Below, piece after piece: positions 29,984 to 41,532 of a stretch of DNA of 64,000 nucleotides. This DNA is from Nitrospirales bacterium (lineage in GTDB: Bacteria > Nitrospirota > Nitrospiria > Nitrospirales > UBA8639): NCBI GenBank assembly GCA_965223295.1, contig CBDCWC010000003.1, positions 672,001 to 736,000 of the forward strand, written 5' to 3'. The notes beneath the pieces are model-generated. The model did no database searches and was not told where the DNA came from. It saw only the letters and a list, made by a program, of their open reading frames with translations. The position numbers and the translations under genes were made by a program. Position 1 is the first letter of the stretch. The number at the start of each line of letters is the position of its first letter.

Positions 29984-30976
29984 ATGGTTAAGACTAATAC
30001 ACCTAGCGAACCTTTAATAGATTGTCATGTACATTTGGCCGCGCTCCCTGAGGGCAACAATGGATGCCTGATTTCCTCCAGAATGTTGAAAAGCCCTCTT
30101 TTTCGCTTTTTATTATGGAAACATCAACTTTCACCCAACAACCCCGCTGCGGCAAATAGGAAATACCTCAATGATTTACGGACGGAGTTACGAGCGTCAC
30201 GACATGTTCAACAGGCAGTTCTACTGGGGATGGACGGGGTCTACACCAATGAAGGGCGCATCGACCTTCAAGCCACAGAATTCCTCATTAGCAATGACTA
30301 TGTACTACAGCAAGCCAAAGACTATCCCAATGAATTTTTAGCAGGAGTGTCGATTAACCCCCAACGGATTGACGCCATTGAAGAACTCCATCGCTGTGCG
30401 GAAGCCGGCGCCACGCTCGTGAAAGTCTTGCCAAATTCCCAGCAATTTGATCCATCGCAAGCTCGTTACAAAAAATTCTACCAAGAACTGTCCAAACTCG
30501 GACTTCCATTACTCAGTCATGTCGGCTATGAATTCAGCCTCATCGGCAAAGATCAATCAGTGGGCGACCCAAACCGCCTTCGCACCGCGCTAGATGAGGG
30601 AGCCACCGTCATTGCAGCCCATGCCTGCAGTTATGGCTTAATGATCTATGAAAAATTTCTTCCCACTCTTTTGCAATTTGTTCAACGCTATCCTCATTTC
30701 TATGCTGATATTTCAGCCCTCACGCTCCCCAATAGATTGGGAATGTTGTTAAAACTCCGACATCATCAAGAGGTGTTTGATCGGTTGATTTTTGGTACCG
30801 ATTATCCTCTCTCAGTTTTTCATCTCCCCACGTGGGGCGTCACAACATTTTCGACCCTTCGACATATCATGCGTACGACGAATAGATTCGACCGGCAATT
30901 CCTCGTCTGTCAGAATTTGGGACTCGGCTTTACCTCCCTTCAAACCATCCTTCGTTCAACACAACCCAATCTGTAA
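29984..30976 (+). CDS. Amidohydrolase_2-family metallohydrolase
   Basis: IDCHVH, SHVG, AAHA, FGTDYP. Confidence 0.87.
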   Translation: MVKTNTPSEPLIDCHVHLAALPEGNNGCLISSRMLKSPLFRFLLWKHQLSPNNPAAANRKYLNDLRTELRASRHVQQAVLLGMDGVYTNEGRIDLQATEFLISNDYVLQQAKDYPNEFLAGVSINPQRIDAIEELHRCAEAGATLVKVLPNSQQFDPSQARYKKFYQELSKLGLPLLSHVGYEFSLIGKDQSVGDPNRLRTALDEGATVIAAHACSYGLMIYEKFLPTLLQFVQRYPHFYADISALTLPNRLGMLLKLRHHQEVFDRLIFGTDYPLSVFHLPTWGVTTFSTLRHIMRTTNRFDRQFLVCQNLGLGFTSLQTILRSTQPNL

Positions 30977-31177
30977 TGCCCAGGACTACGCTCCGGGCTT
31001 TTTGCCATACCGTTCAGCTCTATTTGCGTTCATTTCTTTAAGTTTACAGGGTAATCACCCGAAAAAATTCTTACCCCAGGCATGTAATCTGAGCCAACAA
31101 ATTTCTGTCTGCTGGGGTAAAGCAAACTTGAGAATCCAAAGTTTTCTCTGAAAGGTAAAAAAGGAGTTAGTAATCCT

Positions 31178-31564
31178 ATGAGCCGAATTCTCATTACGGA
31201 CGATTCATCAGCCCAACGGATAATCGTCTCTGGCATCGCCCAGAATATGGGACATGAAGTCGAAATTGCGACCAATGGCCAAGAGGCTCTGGAAAAAATA
31301 CAAGCCAACCCACCTGATTGCTTACTCTTGGATCTGCTCATGCCCATCATGGATGGGATTGGACTACTTGAAACCTTGGAAAGCAAAGGTATCAAAATCC
31401 CGATCATCGTGCTCACCGCCGATGTTCAAGTCGGTCTAAAAGAACAATGTCTCGAATTCGGGGTGACCACATTCATGAATAAGCCCATTAAAAAAGACAA
31501 ATTACAAGAAGCCTTAGAGGCGATTCTCTCTTCACCACAGCCCATAGGGGCGCCATGTACCTAA
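31178..31564 (+). CDS. CheY-like single-domain response regulator, copy 1
   Basis: ITDD, LLDLLMP.MDG, LTAD, NKP. Confidence 0.93.
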   Translation: MSRILITDDSSAQRIIVSGIAQNMGHEVEIATNGQEALEKIQANPPDCLLLDLLMPIMDGIGLLETLESKGIKIPIIVLTADVQVGLKEQCLEFGVTTFMNKPIKKDKLQEALEAILSSPQPIGAPCT

Positions 31565-32166
31565 CCCCTCAACAGCTCGATGCCTTACAGGAACTCATGA
31601 ACATCGGCATAGGCCGAGCAGCTGGCTCATTGAATCAACTGTTTGACAAACCTGTCCGAGTAAATATTCCCAGCATTCGTTTGGGGAAGGCCCAAGATTG
31701 CGTCCAGGACCCTCTTAGCCCAGATCCATCAGCCTATTCATCAGTGGGACTGCCGTTTCACGGAAGGTTTTCTGGGTCAGCTTCCCTTCTCTTTCCTCGG
31801 GACAGTGCCGCGAGTTTAGTCTCTTTAGTCATTGGAGAGGCTCAAAACTTTGGCACCATGGACACGCTCCGGGAAGCCACGTTGACAGAAATTGGTAATA
31901 TTGTACTGAATGGGGTTATGGGTTCCTTTGCCAACGTTCTCCAAGAAAAGATCACGTATGACGTCCCGTGTTACCAACAAACCTCCGATCCAGAGTTATT
32001 CCAGACAGCCTCATCACATTCTGAAGACCCCGTGCTTTGGGCTCAAACTCAATTTACGATTGAAGTTGATGATATCTCCGAGGACATTATGCTCATGCTT
32101 GCCATCTCAGATCTCGGACTTCTCCTGACAACTCTCAATAAACTTTTAGACCCCCAATGCGCCTGA
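31555..32166 (+). CDS. CheC-family phosphatase, copy 1
   Basis: Two E-x2-N motifs (ELMNIG.GRAA, EIGNIV). Confidence 0.9.
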   Translation: MYLTPQQLDALQELMNIGIGRAAGSLNQLFDKPVRVNIPSIRLGKAQDCVQDPLSPDPSAYSSVGLPFHGRFSGSASLLFPRDSAASLVSLVIGEAQNFGTMDTLREATLTEIGNIVLNGVMGSFANVLQEKITYDVPCYQQTSDPELFQTASSHSEDPVLWAQTQFTIEVDDISEDIMLMLAISDLGLLLTTLNKLLDPQCA

Positions 32167-32204
32167 ATAAATACGCTTCATCCAAACTCACCCCATTCTC
32201 TTAA

Positions 32205-32344
32205 GGACACCTCTAAAAACTAGGATTTTGTGTGAGGGCAAGGAAGCCGCGCGCGGAAAACCGCAGTGTATGGGGGAATACATGAGGATTTGAGCATGCG
32301 GTTGACGCCGCCATCGCGGAAAAGGACAGTTCTTAGAGGTGCCC
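32205..32344. mobile_element. MITE family A, copy 2 (140 bp)
   Basis: Imperfect TIR GGACACCTCTAAAAACT / AGTTCTTAGAGGTGCCC; internal sequence aligns with 18727-18867. Confidence 0.88.
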
Positions 32345-32593
32345 TTTAAAAACTTGGAGGTTCTCTCGGAAAACCTGTTCGGTTCAATCATTTCATCCCT
32401 CCAGTAACTCTGCTCTTCCTTTTTTCACCTTTTGACCAACAGCTCCCTTTCACTTCCACACTGCCTTTTTCATTAAGATTCTCCGAAAGACACCCGAAAA
32501 AAGATCTATTGAGTTATTCATAGGATAGAAAATCTTTTCCTCAACAACGACTTGTAAGTATCCTTCTTTCAACCCATAAGGAGAACAACATTC

Positions 32594-32980
32594 ATGAGCC
32601 GTGTATTAATTACCGATGATTCCTTACTCCAACGCAGAACCCTTTCTGCCATCGTAGCGGACATGGGCCATGAGGTCGACACTGCCTGTAATGGCCAAGA
32701 AGCCGTTGAGAAGATTCAAGCAGACCAACCTGACTGCTTATTACTGGATATGCTCATGCCCATCATGGATGGTGTCCAAGTCATAGAAACCTTGCAATCT
32801 CGTGGTGTGAAGTTGCCCATCATTGTTCTCACTGCCGATGTGCAGGACTGGTTGAAGGACCGATGCCTGGAATTGGGAGCCACCATGTTCTTGAACAAGC
32901 CCGTCAAGCAAGATCAATTGCGACAGGCCCTGCAAGACATCCTGGCTGCGCCACAACCCACGGAGGCGCCATGCACATAA
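32594..32980 (+). CDS. CheY-like single-domain response regulator, copy 2
   Basis: Same 128-aa length as copy 1, about two-thirds identical by manual count. Confidence 0.93.
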   Translation: MSRVLITDDSLLQRRTLSAIVADMGHEVDTACNGQEAVEKIQADQPDCLLLDMLMPIMDGVQVIETLQSRGVKLPIIVLTADVQDWLKDRCLELGATMFLNKPVKQDQLRQALQDILAAPQPTEAPCT

Positions 32981-33609
32981 GTCCTGATCATCTCGATGTC
33001 TTACAAGAACTGCTCAATATCGGGGTTGGACGAGCCGCCGGGTCCCTGAACCAGATGTTGGAGAAACCCATCCGACTACATGTGCCTTTTATTCGAGTAG
33101 GAAAACCAGACGAGGTTTCTCAAGAAATACAAAAAATGCAGGAAACCACGTTATCCTCTGTACAATTACCCTTTAAAGGAACATTTCAAGGATCGGCCTG
33201 TCTGCTTTTCCCGACAGACAGCGCGGCAGCCTTAGTGACCGCCCTCACCGGAGAAGCAGAAGATACGGACACGATGGACTCCTTACGAGAGGCCACACTG
33301 ACCGAAATTGGTAATATTGTGCTCAACGGTGTCATGGGCTCGTTGGCCAATATTTTACAAAATCAGATTACCTACTCCGTTCCGTTTTATGAGGAAACAT
33401 CGTTGCAGGGATTACTCCAACCCTCACGATCAGAATCTTCCGAAATGGTTCTCTGGGCCCACACCCAATTTACCATTGAAGATTACGATCTGACGGGAGA
33501 TATTATGCTGATGTTCGGCATCCCTGATCTTGGCCTGCTCATCAACGCGGTAAGCGAACTTTCCCAATTAACAACATGTCAACATGTCTCAGCAGGATCC
33601 ACTTCTTAA
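32971..33609 (+). CDS. CheC-family phosphatase, copy 2
   Basis: ELLNIG.GRAA, EIGNIV; start moved to ATG 32971 (GGAGG RBS, same overlap as copy 1). Confidence 0.9.
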   Translation: MHISPDHLDVLQELLNIGVGRAAGSLNQMLEKPIRLHVPFIRVGKPDEVSQEIQKMQETTLSSVQLPFKGTFQGSACLLFPTDSAAALVTALTGEAEDTDTMDSLREATLTEIGNIVLNGVMGSLANILQNQITYSVPFYEETSLQGLLQPSRSESSEMVLWAHTQFTIEDYDLTGDIMLMFGIPDLGLLINAVSELSQLTTCQHVSAGSTS

Positions 33610-36600
33610 CTTAGTTATCCTCGATCATCTTCCCCAAGGCATTTTCATTCTTCGACCGAATGAGACCGTCGCCTTTTGGAATCATTGCCTAGAGGACTGG
33701 ACAGGTATTCTAAAATCAGAAATTGAGGGCACTCCCGTAGCAACGCATTTCCCCCACTTAGGTACACCAAAATACACCTCGCGCTTTGAACCACTCTTTC
33801 AGGGAGGTCCCCCTGCTACCTTTGCCTCACAATTTCATCCGCAATTCCTACCCTGCACCCTTCCTAGTGGGCAATCCCGAGTCCAACAGACAACGGCCAA
33901 AGCCATCTGGCATGAAAGGACACAAGAATGGCAGGCCTTAATTATCATTCAGGACATCTCGGACCTCCACCGCCAAGTTGCTGAATCCCAACGACTCCGG
34001 AAACAGGCCCAAGTAGAAATCAGTGAACGCAAAAAGGCCGAAATCGCACTGGCCGATCAAAACCGCTTATTAGCATTAGACGCGGAAATAGGGAAAATCA
34101 TCACGCAAAACCATGAATTCCAACCTCTCATGCAGGAATGCACCCAAGCCATTGTGCAGTATCTCAATGCACATTTCGCTCGAATCTGGATCCTCGATCC
34201 AACCCAGCAAATCCTTGAACTGCAAGCCAGCGCAGGACGCTACACTCATTTGAATGGTCCCCACAGCCGCATACCAGTCGGGCAATACAAAATCGGGCAG
34301 ATTGCCGCAGAGAAAAAACCTCATTTGACCAATGCGGTCGTCGGAGATCCGCGTGTCTCAGACCAAGAATCGGCCAAACAAGAGGGACTAATTGCCTTCG
34401 CCGGATACCCCTTACTCCGAGATGAAGAAGTACTGGGCGTACTGGCAATATTCTCCAAATATCCGTTGACAGACTTAACCTTGGATACACTTAGGAAGGT
34501 AGGAAACCGAATTACAGTAGCCATTGAACGCCAAAAATACCACCACGCCCATCAGGAACTCTCTCTTCGATACGAACGTATTTTGGCTTCAGTAGGAGAA
34601 GGGATTTACGGGTTAGATCTGGAGGGCCTGACTACCTTTGTCAATGAGGCTGCAGCCAAAATGCTGGGGTATGAAACAGATGAACTCATTGGGCTCCCAA
34701 TGCACACTGCCTTGAAGGATGGTTCCACACACCATATCGAAAACGAAATCCTGTGGCGCAAAGACGGGACCTGGTTCCCAGCAGAATACACCAGCATGCC
34801 GATTTTTGATGACAAACATCAGTTAACAGGTACTGTGGTCACGTTCAAAGATATCACAGAACGGAAAGAGATGGAGAAAGCTCAAGCTCATCTTCAACGA
34901 GCCGTTGACCAAGGAGTTGAAGGACTGGCCTTGCTTGATAGTAACGGCGATTATACGTATATCAATCCTGCCCATGCAGCAATGTATGGCTACAGCGTCG
35001 ATGAACTATTGGGACTATCATGGAAAATGCTCTATTCAAAGGATCAGTTACAGCTTCTTGAAGAGATCTGTCTCCCTCAACTCCGTAATTCGGGGAAATG
35101 GCAGGGAGAGCTCCTCGGCCTTCGAAAAGATGGAACGAACGTACCGGTGGAGATTTCGTTGTCCTTACTCATGAATCCAGATGGTTCCTCGGATGGTCTG
35201 GTATGTACCTGTCGCGATATGACGGATAGGAAACGAGCTGAGGAACGATTCCGACAAGCTGTAGAAAGTGCACCAAGTGGAATGATCATGATTGATTCAC
35301 AGGGTTGCATTGTCTTAACCAACCAGGCAACTTCCGAATTATTTGGATACGGCCCAGACGATTTGATTGGGTCATCGATCGAACAACTCGTTCCTGATCG
35401 TTTCAGAACTCACCACCCCGAACACCGCGCCAAATTTTTCTCGAATCCCCACCCACGGAAAATGGGAGCAGGGCGAGACCTCTTCGGCCTGCACAAGAAT
35501 GGCACAGAAGTCCCCATTGAAATCGGCCTGAACCCCTTCAAGACAGAGGAAGGAACCTTTGTGTTGGCGTCAGTCGTCGATATTACTGCAAGAAAGTTGG
35601 AGGAAGAACGCTTTCGTTTGGTTGTGGAAACCACTCCCAATGGCATGATTATGGTCGACACCTCGGGCAGAATCGTCCTGGTCAATCAGCTCACCGAATC
35701 GTTATTCGGATATTCACGAGCCGAACTACTAGGGCAGCCAATTGAAATATTAGTGCCACTGCCTTTCAGAAAAGAGCACCCTCATCAACGCGCAAAGTAT
35801 CTCACCAACCAGATACAGAACCGAGTCATGGGGAAAGGGCGGGAACTGTGCGGACTGCATAAAAATGGACGTGAAATTCCCATTGAAGTCGGACTGAACT
35901 CCATTAAAACACAAGAAGGGCTCTTCATTTTAGCCTCGGTGGTAGATATTACTGAGCAAAAAGCTGCTGAGGCACAACTCAAAAAAAACGCTGACGCCCT
36001 TGAACAGAAAAACAAGGAACTCGTCATTACCCGAGATCAAGCACTCGCGGCCGCACGGTCAAAAAGCGAATTTTTAGCTACCATGAGTCATGAGATTCGC
36101 ACCCCCTTGAATGGCGTCATCGGCATGACTGATCTGCTGCTCGGCTCGAATTTAGATGCCGACCAACACGAGATCGTGGAAACCGTGAAACATTCTGGTG
36201 AATTCCTGCTCACCATCATCAACGATATTTTAGATTTCTCCAAAATCGACGCCGGGAAATTAGACTTGGAAGTCATCACCTTTGATATTCGAAAGGTCGT
36301 AGATGAAGTCTTAGACATCCTTGCCGAACGCGCTGGGCAAAAGGGCCTTGAATTGATTGGCTTAGTCTATGCCGCAACCCCTCAACACGTACTAGGTGAT
36401 CCAGGCCGAGTCAGACAGATTCTGTTTAATCTCATCGGCAATGCCATTAAATTTACCCAAGAAGGAGAAATCGTCGTGGACGTTTCCGTGAGCCAGACGA
36501 CGACCGACATCACAACCCTGCGATTTGCCGTCACGGATACGGGAATTGGCATTGCCCCTGAAGCCCAACAGACCCTCTTTGAGTCGTTTACCCAAGCGGA

Positions 36601-38143
36601 TAGCTCGACCACCCGGAAATTTGGGGGCACGGGCCTTGGGTTGGCCATATGCAAACGCCTGGTCAACATGATGCAAGGAGACATGGGCGTGACCAGTGAA
36701 GAAGGACAGGGCAGCACCTTTTGGGTGACCATTCCCTTTACTCATGGAGCTACGTCTTCCATGATGGCACCCCCCCCGACGACACTCCAGGACCGTCGGG
36801 TGTGCATCGTCGAGTCCCATGACACGATCCGTTTCCTCTTGCAACACTATGTCGAGTCTTGGGGAATGATTTGCGAAGTCGCACAAAACGGAAACGACGG
36901 ATTCGCCTTGCTCGAGAAAAGAACCAAAGAGGGAAACCCTTTTGATATCGCCCTGTTGGACCATACGCTCTCAGAAGCGAGAGAGGAAGATGGATTTTCC
37001 TTAGCTCAACGTGTTCGACAAGATCCCGAGATTTCCCACATTCCCCTTATTCTCATCTCCGCTCTTGGAAAACGAGGCGAGGGGAAACTGGCTCAAGAGG
37101 CCGGATTCAATGGGTATCTTACGAAACCCATTCGACATCACCAATTACAAGAATGTCTCAAAATGGTCTTGAGTGGTCACTCGCCTTCATCGACCTCCCG
37201 TGAATGTTCTTCTCCTTCATTGACCACAAGACATACGGTGGAAGAAGCGCAGGCTCGTACTCAATGCCAGATTCTTCTCGCTGAGGATAACGTCGTGAAT
37301 CAGAAGGTGGCTGTCCGGATACTGCAAAAACTGGGCTATCGAGTTGATGTCGTGAACAATGGGCAAGAAGCCATCGTAGCAATTGGGCGTACGGCCTATG
37401 ATCTGGTACTCATGGATTGCCAAATGCCCGAATTAGATGGCTTAGAAGCCACGCAGAAGATTCGGGAATTGGAAGAAGAAAAAAGTGAAAAGGAAGAAGT
37501 GGAAAATAACGGACTCATAGAGGCCAACCCTCCTTCTGATATTTCACTTCTCCCTTCTCACTCAAGAATACCCATCATCGCGCTAACCGCCAATGCGTTG
37601 CCCGAAGATCGAGAAGCCTGCCTTCAGTCTGGCATGGATGATTTTTTATCTAAACCTGTCCGGCTGGAAGAATTATCCACCATGATGACCAGATGGTTGC
37701 CTCACCTAGCTGACAATGAACGCATCAAGCAATCCACAGAAAAAACTAATACTCACGCGCCTACAACAAGACCTCAATCACTAGATAAAAACATCATTCA
37801 AAACCTTAAAGATCTCGGGGGAGCAGAAGATCCAGAATTTTTCCTGACAGTTATTGATCAATTTCTCGAAGATTTGCCTCGTCATTGTGAAGGAATCAAA
37901 CAAGCCATTGAACAGCAAGATGGTATGGCACTAACCAAGTCAGCCCACACCTGTAAAGGTTCTTCTCGATCAATTGGAGCTACGGCGTTGGCAGAAATCA
38001 GTTATACCTTAGAAATCATGGGGCGTGAAGCATCTCTGACAGACGCGGCCGAAATATTTAAAGAATGGCTACAGGAACAAGAACGGACAAGACAGGCGCT
38101 AGAACAGGAGAAAGCGCAAGTAACTACCCCACCTCTCTGTTGA
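33584..38143 (+). CDS. Multi-PAS/GAF hybrid histidine kinase with two receivers and HPt
   Basis: PAS, GAF, four further [18 protein letters not shown], two REC domains, AH..KGSS HPt. Confidence 0.95.
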   Translation: MSQQDPLLNLVILDHLPQGIFILRPNETVAFWNHCLEDWTGILKSEIEGTPVATHFPHLGTPKYTSRFEPLFQGGPPATFASQFHPQFLPCTLPSGQSRVQQTTAKAIWHERTQEWQALIIIQDISDLHRQVAESQRLRKQAQVEISERKKAEIALADQNRLLALDAEIGKIITQNHEFQPLMQECTQAIVQYLNAHFARIWILDPTQQILELQASAGRYTHLNGPHSRIPVGQYKIGQIAAEKKPHLTNAVVGDPRVSDQESAKQEGLIAFAGYPLLRDEEVLGVLAIFSKYPLTDLTLDTLRKVGNRITVAIERQKYHHAHQELSLRYERILASVGEGIYGLDLEGLTTFVNEAAAKMLGYETDELIGLPMHTALKDGSTHHIENEILWRKDGTWFPAEYTSMPIFDDKHQLTGTVVTFKDITERKEMEKAQAHLQRAVDQGVEGLALLDSNGDYTYINPAHAAMYGYSVDELLGLSWKMLYSKDQLQLLEEICLPQLRNSGKWQGELLGLRKDGTNVPVEISLSLLMNPDGSSDGLVCTCRDMTDRKRAEERFRQAVESAPSGMIMIDSQGCIVLTNQATSELFGYGPDDLIGSSIEQLVPDRFRTHHPEHRAKFFSNPHPRKMGAGRDLFGLHKNGTEVPIEIGLNPFKTEEGTFVLASVVDITARKLEEERFRLVVETTPNGMIMVDTSGRIVLVNQLTESLFGYSRAELLGQPIEILVPLPFRKEHPHQRAKYLTNQIQNRVMGKGRELCGLHKNGREIPIEVGLNSIKTQEGLFILASVVDITEQKAAEAQLKKNADALEQKNKELVITRDQALAAARSKSEFLATMSHEIRTPLNGVIGMTDLLLGSNLDADQHEIVETVKHSGEFLLTIINDILDFSKIDAGKLDLEVITFDIRKVVDEVLDILAERAGQKGLELIGLVYAATPQHVLGDPGRVRQILFNLIGNAIKFTQEGEIVVDVSVSQTTTDITTLRFAVTDTGIGIAPEAQQTLFESFTQADSSTTRKFGGTGLGLAICKRLVNMMQGDMGVTSEEGQGSTFWVTIPFTHGATSSMMAPPPTTLQDRRVCIVESHDTIRFLLQHYVESWGMICEVAQNGNDGFALLEKRTKEGNPFDIALLDHTLSEAREEDGFSLAQRVRQDPEISHIPLILISALGKRGEGKLAQEAGFNGYLTKPIRHHQLQECLKMVLSGHSPSSTSRECSSPSLTTRHTVEEAQARTQCQILLAEDNVVNQKVAVRILQKLGYRVDVVNNGQEAIVAIGRTAYDLVLMDCQMPELDGLEATQKIRELEEEKSEKEEVENNGLIEANPPSDISLLPSHSRIPIIALTANALPEDREACLQSGMDDFLSKPVRLEELSTMMTRWLPHLADNERIKQSTEKTNTHAPTTRPQSLDKNIIQNLKDLGGAEDPEFFLTVIDQFLEDLPRHCEGIKQAIEQQDGMALTKSAHTCKGSSRSIGATALAEISYTLEIMGREASLTDAAEIFKEWLQEQERTRQALEQEKAQVTTPPLC

Positions 38144-38188
38144 AGTAGCCTACATCGTCAAACAATTGGAATTCGCACTGGTCAAAAA

Positions 38189-38222
38189 TAAAGCTCCACG
38201 CCTAACAAGACGAGGAGCTTTA
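38189..38222. terminator. Probable terminator between convergent genes
   Basis: TAAAGCTCC / GGAGCTTTA stem with A/T-rich flanks. Confidence 0.6.
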
Positions 38223-38272
38223 CTTTAAAACCCTTAGGAGATTCTAACCTCCTTATTCCATCACATCAAACC

Positions 38273-39085
38273 TTAAGCACGCGTGGATTTCTTTCGCCAG
38301 AAATACCCCATGAGACCAACCAGCCCTGTACCGAGCAAGAGGCCTGTCGAGGGTTCTGGAATGGGAGCTGTAGCTTGAGAGATCGTGATTCGTGCCACTT
38401 GATAACTATCCTGTGTAAAGTCTCCATCAGGAAAGGCCGTCAGAATATTCCCGCCAGCAATAAATCCTGAGTGAGCTGCAACTACCCCACCTTCCGTCAC
38501 ACCTGTGTTCGGAGCTATTTGCGCCAGCGCTGCGGTATTCGCAGGAATCTCATCATTCACTTCCGTCCCAGCATCTAAAACCGATGATCCCAAGATAAAA
38601 AAGTCAGCGCCAAGAAAACTTCCGCTATCATCAAAAACTTGGATGCTTTCTGGATCCCCGTTCGCGATAAAAGCATCGTTACTGGGAATCACCATAGCCG
38701 CATAACTGAAATATTGGTTGGTGGACAAGCTGCTATCTAATGTAAACAGCTGGGAAGCCACCCCTCCTGGACCTACAGGGCCACCGGGTAACGTGGCTTC
38801 GATCGTTCCCCCACCGCTTTCAAGAAAGTCATCAGCTAATGGAGCCGTATTGCCATCTTCGGCAAGCCGTTCCAGCGCCGCTGAGGTAGCTGTTCCATTA
38901 TCGTACGTATCAAACGTCCCATCGTGAAATCCCACCCAAAGTGGAGTTAACAGCGTTCCGCCGACATTCGAAATTTTTACCTCTAGCGTTGTTGATGCTG
39001 CAAACACTAGAGATGTTGTCAGAACTAAACCAGCAATGCCCCCTACTCCTACCACATGCGCCCCGGCCCACAATCGCAGTTTCAT
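38273..39085 (-). CDS. Spondin_N-domain PEP-CTERM surface protein
   Basis: Signal peptide, LERLAEDG, M.IPSNDAF, DAGTE.NDE, C-terminal IPEPST + TM + RKK. Confidence 0.9.
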   Translation of the reverse strand: MKLRLWAGAHVVGVGGIAGLVLTTSLVFAASTTLEVKISNVGGTLLTPLWVGFHDGTFDTYDNGTATSAALERLAEDGNTAPLADDFLESGGGTIEATLPGGPVGPGGVASQLFTLDSSLSTNQYFSYAAMVIPSNDAFIANGDPESIQVFDDSGSFLGADFFILGSSVLDAGTEVNDEIPANTAALAQIAPNTGVTEGGVVAAHSGFIAGGNILTAFPDGDFTQDSYQVARITISQATAPIPEPSTGLLLGTGLVGLMGYFWRKKSTRA

Positions 39086-39196
39086 GAGAATGGCTCCTTC
39101 AATGTGAGAATGTTGGCAACAAACAGATCGGAAAGTCCGACTCTATGCTCCTGTCTACGTTCAATATGTTTTGTTACAAACACCCCCTGAACCCTC

Positions 39197-40372
39197 TTAC
39201 CAGCCTATCTTTTGCATGCGATCGACCGCCTCCGCCAATCGTTCCTTGGTCGTGGTCACGGTCATACGGATATACCCCTCTCCGGGATCCCCAAACCCAT
39301 TTCCCGGCGTAGTCACAATCCCTGCTTTTTCAATGAGATGCGCGGTAAAAGATGCAGAGGTAAAGCCTTTCGGTACCCCGATCCATACATAAAAAGCAGC
39401 CTCAGGTGTCTCTAACGACAAGCCAAGTTTTTTCAATCCCGCCACGAGCACATCACGCCGTTCTTGATAAATATTTCGCAGATCATTCGTGACAGAATCC
39501 TCTAACTCCAATGCTGTCATCCCCGCTTCCTGAATCGCTTGAAACACTCCTGAATCAATATTGGTTTTGACTTTGCCTAGTCCAGCAATCACTTCCTGAC
39601 ACCCAACCGCAAACCCCACACGCCAACCAGTCATATTGAATGTCTTAGACAGAGAATGAAACTCTACGCCCACATCCATCGCCCCTTCCGCCTCAAGAAA
39701 ACTGCATGGCCGTTTGCCGTCATAATAGATTTCCGAGTAGGCCGCATCGTGACACACAATAATGTGGTGTTCTTTTGCAAAGTCGACCACTTTCTTGAAA
39801 AATTCTTTGCTCGCGACAACCGATGTCGGGTTATTGGGCGAATTTAAAAACATCATTTTGGCTTTTTGTGCGACTTCTGTAGGGATCGCGGCCAAATCAG
39901 GCAAGAACCCATTTACTTTTGTTAGTGGCATCACATGAGATGTGCCTCCGGCAAAACTCACGCCGACAGGATAGACGGGATATCCAGGGCTCGGGACCAA
40001 CACCACATCTCCCTTATCAACAAAGGCCAATGGCACATGGCCGATTCCTTCTTTTGAGCCAATGAGTGTCAACACTTCTGTCCTTGGATCAGCCGTGACT
40101 CCAAACCGACGCTGATACCATTTCGCGACAGCCGTCCGAAACGACAGCATCCCATCATACGAGGGATATTGATGGTGCTTGGGATCGCCAGCAGCCTGCC
40201 GTAGGGATTCAACAATGGGCTCTGGTGTGGGTAAATCTGGGTCTCCAATTCCCAAGTTGATGATATCCATACCACCTTCAATGGCCTTGCGTTTCATGTC
40301 ATCAATCGCAGCAAATAAATACGGCGGCAACGTGCGAATACGATCCGCATATTGAATAGGAAAACTTGCCAT
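39197..40372 (-). CDS. dapL: LL-diaminopimelate aminotransferase
   Basis: LPPYLFA, LGIGDPD, GSKEG, PNNPT, D.AY, SLSK.FNMTGWR; start at ATG 40372 (upstream extension is MITE-derived). Confidence 0.88.
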   Translation of the reverse strand: MASFPIQYADRIRTLPPYLFAAIDDMKRKAIEGGMDIINLGIGDPDLPTPEPIVESLRQAAGDPKHHQYPSYDGMLSFRTAVAKWYQRRFGVTADPRTEVLTLIGSKEGIGHVPLAFVDKGDVVLVPSPGYPVYPVGVSFAGGTSHVMPLTKVNGFLPDLAAIPTEVAQKAKMMFLNSPNNPTSVVASKEFFKKVVDFAKEHHIIVCHDAAYSEIYYDGKRPCSFLEAEGAMDVGVEFHSLSKTFNMTGWRVGFAVGCQEVIAGLGKVKTNIDSGVFQAIQEAGMTALELEDSVTNDLRNIYQERRDVLVAGLKKLGLSLETPEAAFYVWIGVPKGFTSASFTAHLIEKAGIVTTPGNGFGDPGEGYIRMTVTTTKERLAEAVDRMQKIGW

Positions 40373-40412
40373 GAACGTTGACTCCTTTCTGTATGATGCT
40401 TGAATAAATAAT

Positions 40413-40602
40413 GGGTCTGTTGAAAAAAGCCGCCAGCGGCGTTCTCGCCCTTTTTCCGTGCTCACGTAAGACCAGTACGCTCCGCGCGTAAAAATGGCTA
40501 CGGCCTTGCTGAACGGACTTTTTTGAACAGACCTGAGGCCTCTGACATGTGACGTCGCAGAGACGAAATTTGGCCGTTGATATCATCATTATTCAACAGC
40601 CC
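40413..40602 (+). mobile_element. MITE family B, long form (190 bp)
   Basis: GGGTCTGTTGAA...TTCAACAGCCC ends, internal end at 40533, ATAAT duplicated on both flanks. Confidence 0.9.
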
Positions 40603-40710
40603 CATAATCAGTCGTTACGGTACCAAACTTTCAGTCAGTTAGGGTAAAACACACCAAACTTTTTAATGTCGTCTGAAAGGAACAGTATCTGAGAACTCTA
40701 CGGAAGATTA

Positions 40711-41385
40711 TTACATGAGATGCTCGATCAGTTGATTGGCCAATTGATGCAATACCGGAAGATGCGTCTTGGCTTGAGTCTGAATCGTTTCGGAAGGAAT
40801 CCCTCCTCTATTGACATCATCTGGGCATTCCCGACAAAGCGCTTCAATGCCCGGTTCTTCAATTTCCGGGTGAAACAATAGCCCATAACCACGAGCAGGC
40901 AAGTGAAACGCTTGCACCGGAAAATCTTCAGAAGCCATTAAAGACTTGACATCGGGAGGAAGGATAATCCTTTCACCATGCCATTGAAACACTTCAAACT
41001 TATCAGCCAGTTGGCTAAACACAGGATCCCTTTTCCCAACATCCGTGACCGTGACTGGGACCATCCCAATTTCAAACGTTGGCCCAGGTGACACCGAACC
41101 ACCCAAAACCTTGGCTAATAATTGTGCACCGAAACAAATTCCAAGAATGGGGATGCCCTTGTTCATCGCCGCTTTCACAAATTGTTGTTCTTTTGCAATC
41201 CACGACTCCGGATCATTCACCGACATGGGTCCACCCATTATCAGCAAGAAATCACTCGATTCCTTCGGCGGCCCCTCTTCCGGCACCAGTCTTGTCTCAA
41301 CTATATAGCCCCGCTTTTCCAAAGCCTGACGAAAAGCACCGGGACCTTCAAATGGTACATGCTGCAGACAAGTGGCAATTTTCAT
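40711..41385 (-). CDS. Class I glutamine amidotransferase-like protein
   Basis: GGPMS, GICFGAQ, FQWH, FHPE. Confidence 0.9.
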   Translation of the reverse strand: MKIATCLQHVPFEGPGAFRQALEKRGYIVETRLVPEEGPPKESSDFLLIMGGPMSVNDPESWIAKEQQFVKAAMNKGIPILGICFGAQLLAKVLGGSVSPGPTFEIGMVPVTVTDVGKRDPVFSQLADKFEVFQWHGERIILPPDVKSLMASEDFPVQAFHLPARGYGLLFHPEIEEPGIEALCRECPDDVNRGGIPSETIQTQAKTHLPVLHQLANQLIEHLM

Positions 41386-41532
41386 AAAATTGGCACCAAC
41401 AATGACACAGAAAGTTACAGAGGCACGGAGAATTGAAAAAGAGGAGAAGAGCGGGAGTAAGACTTAGAGAAAAGGGAGGTTACCTCAGTATAAAAATTAA
41501 CCGGTGCCTGACTACACTCGAATGCTTCAACA

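Noticed and set aside
26409-38927. Numerous 60-190-aa antisense or alternate-frame ORFs inside aas and the hybrid kinase (and similarly elsewhere)
   Set aside because: Shadow ORFs of well-supported genes, with no RBS or motif support
40373-40465. DapL N-terminal extension and short ORFs at 43156, 55369, 55382 and 57694
   Set aside because: All are read-throughs of MITE family B (RERRWRLFS / KAAAIF translations)
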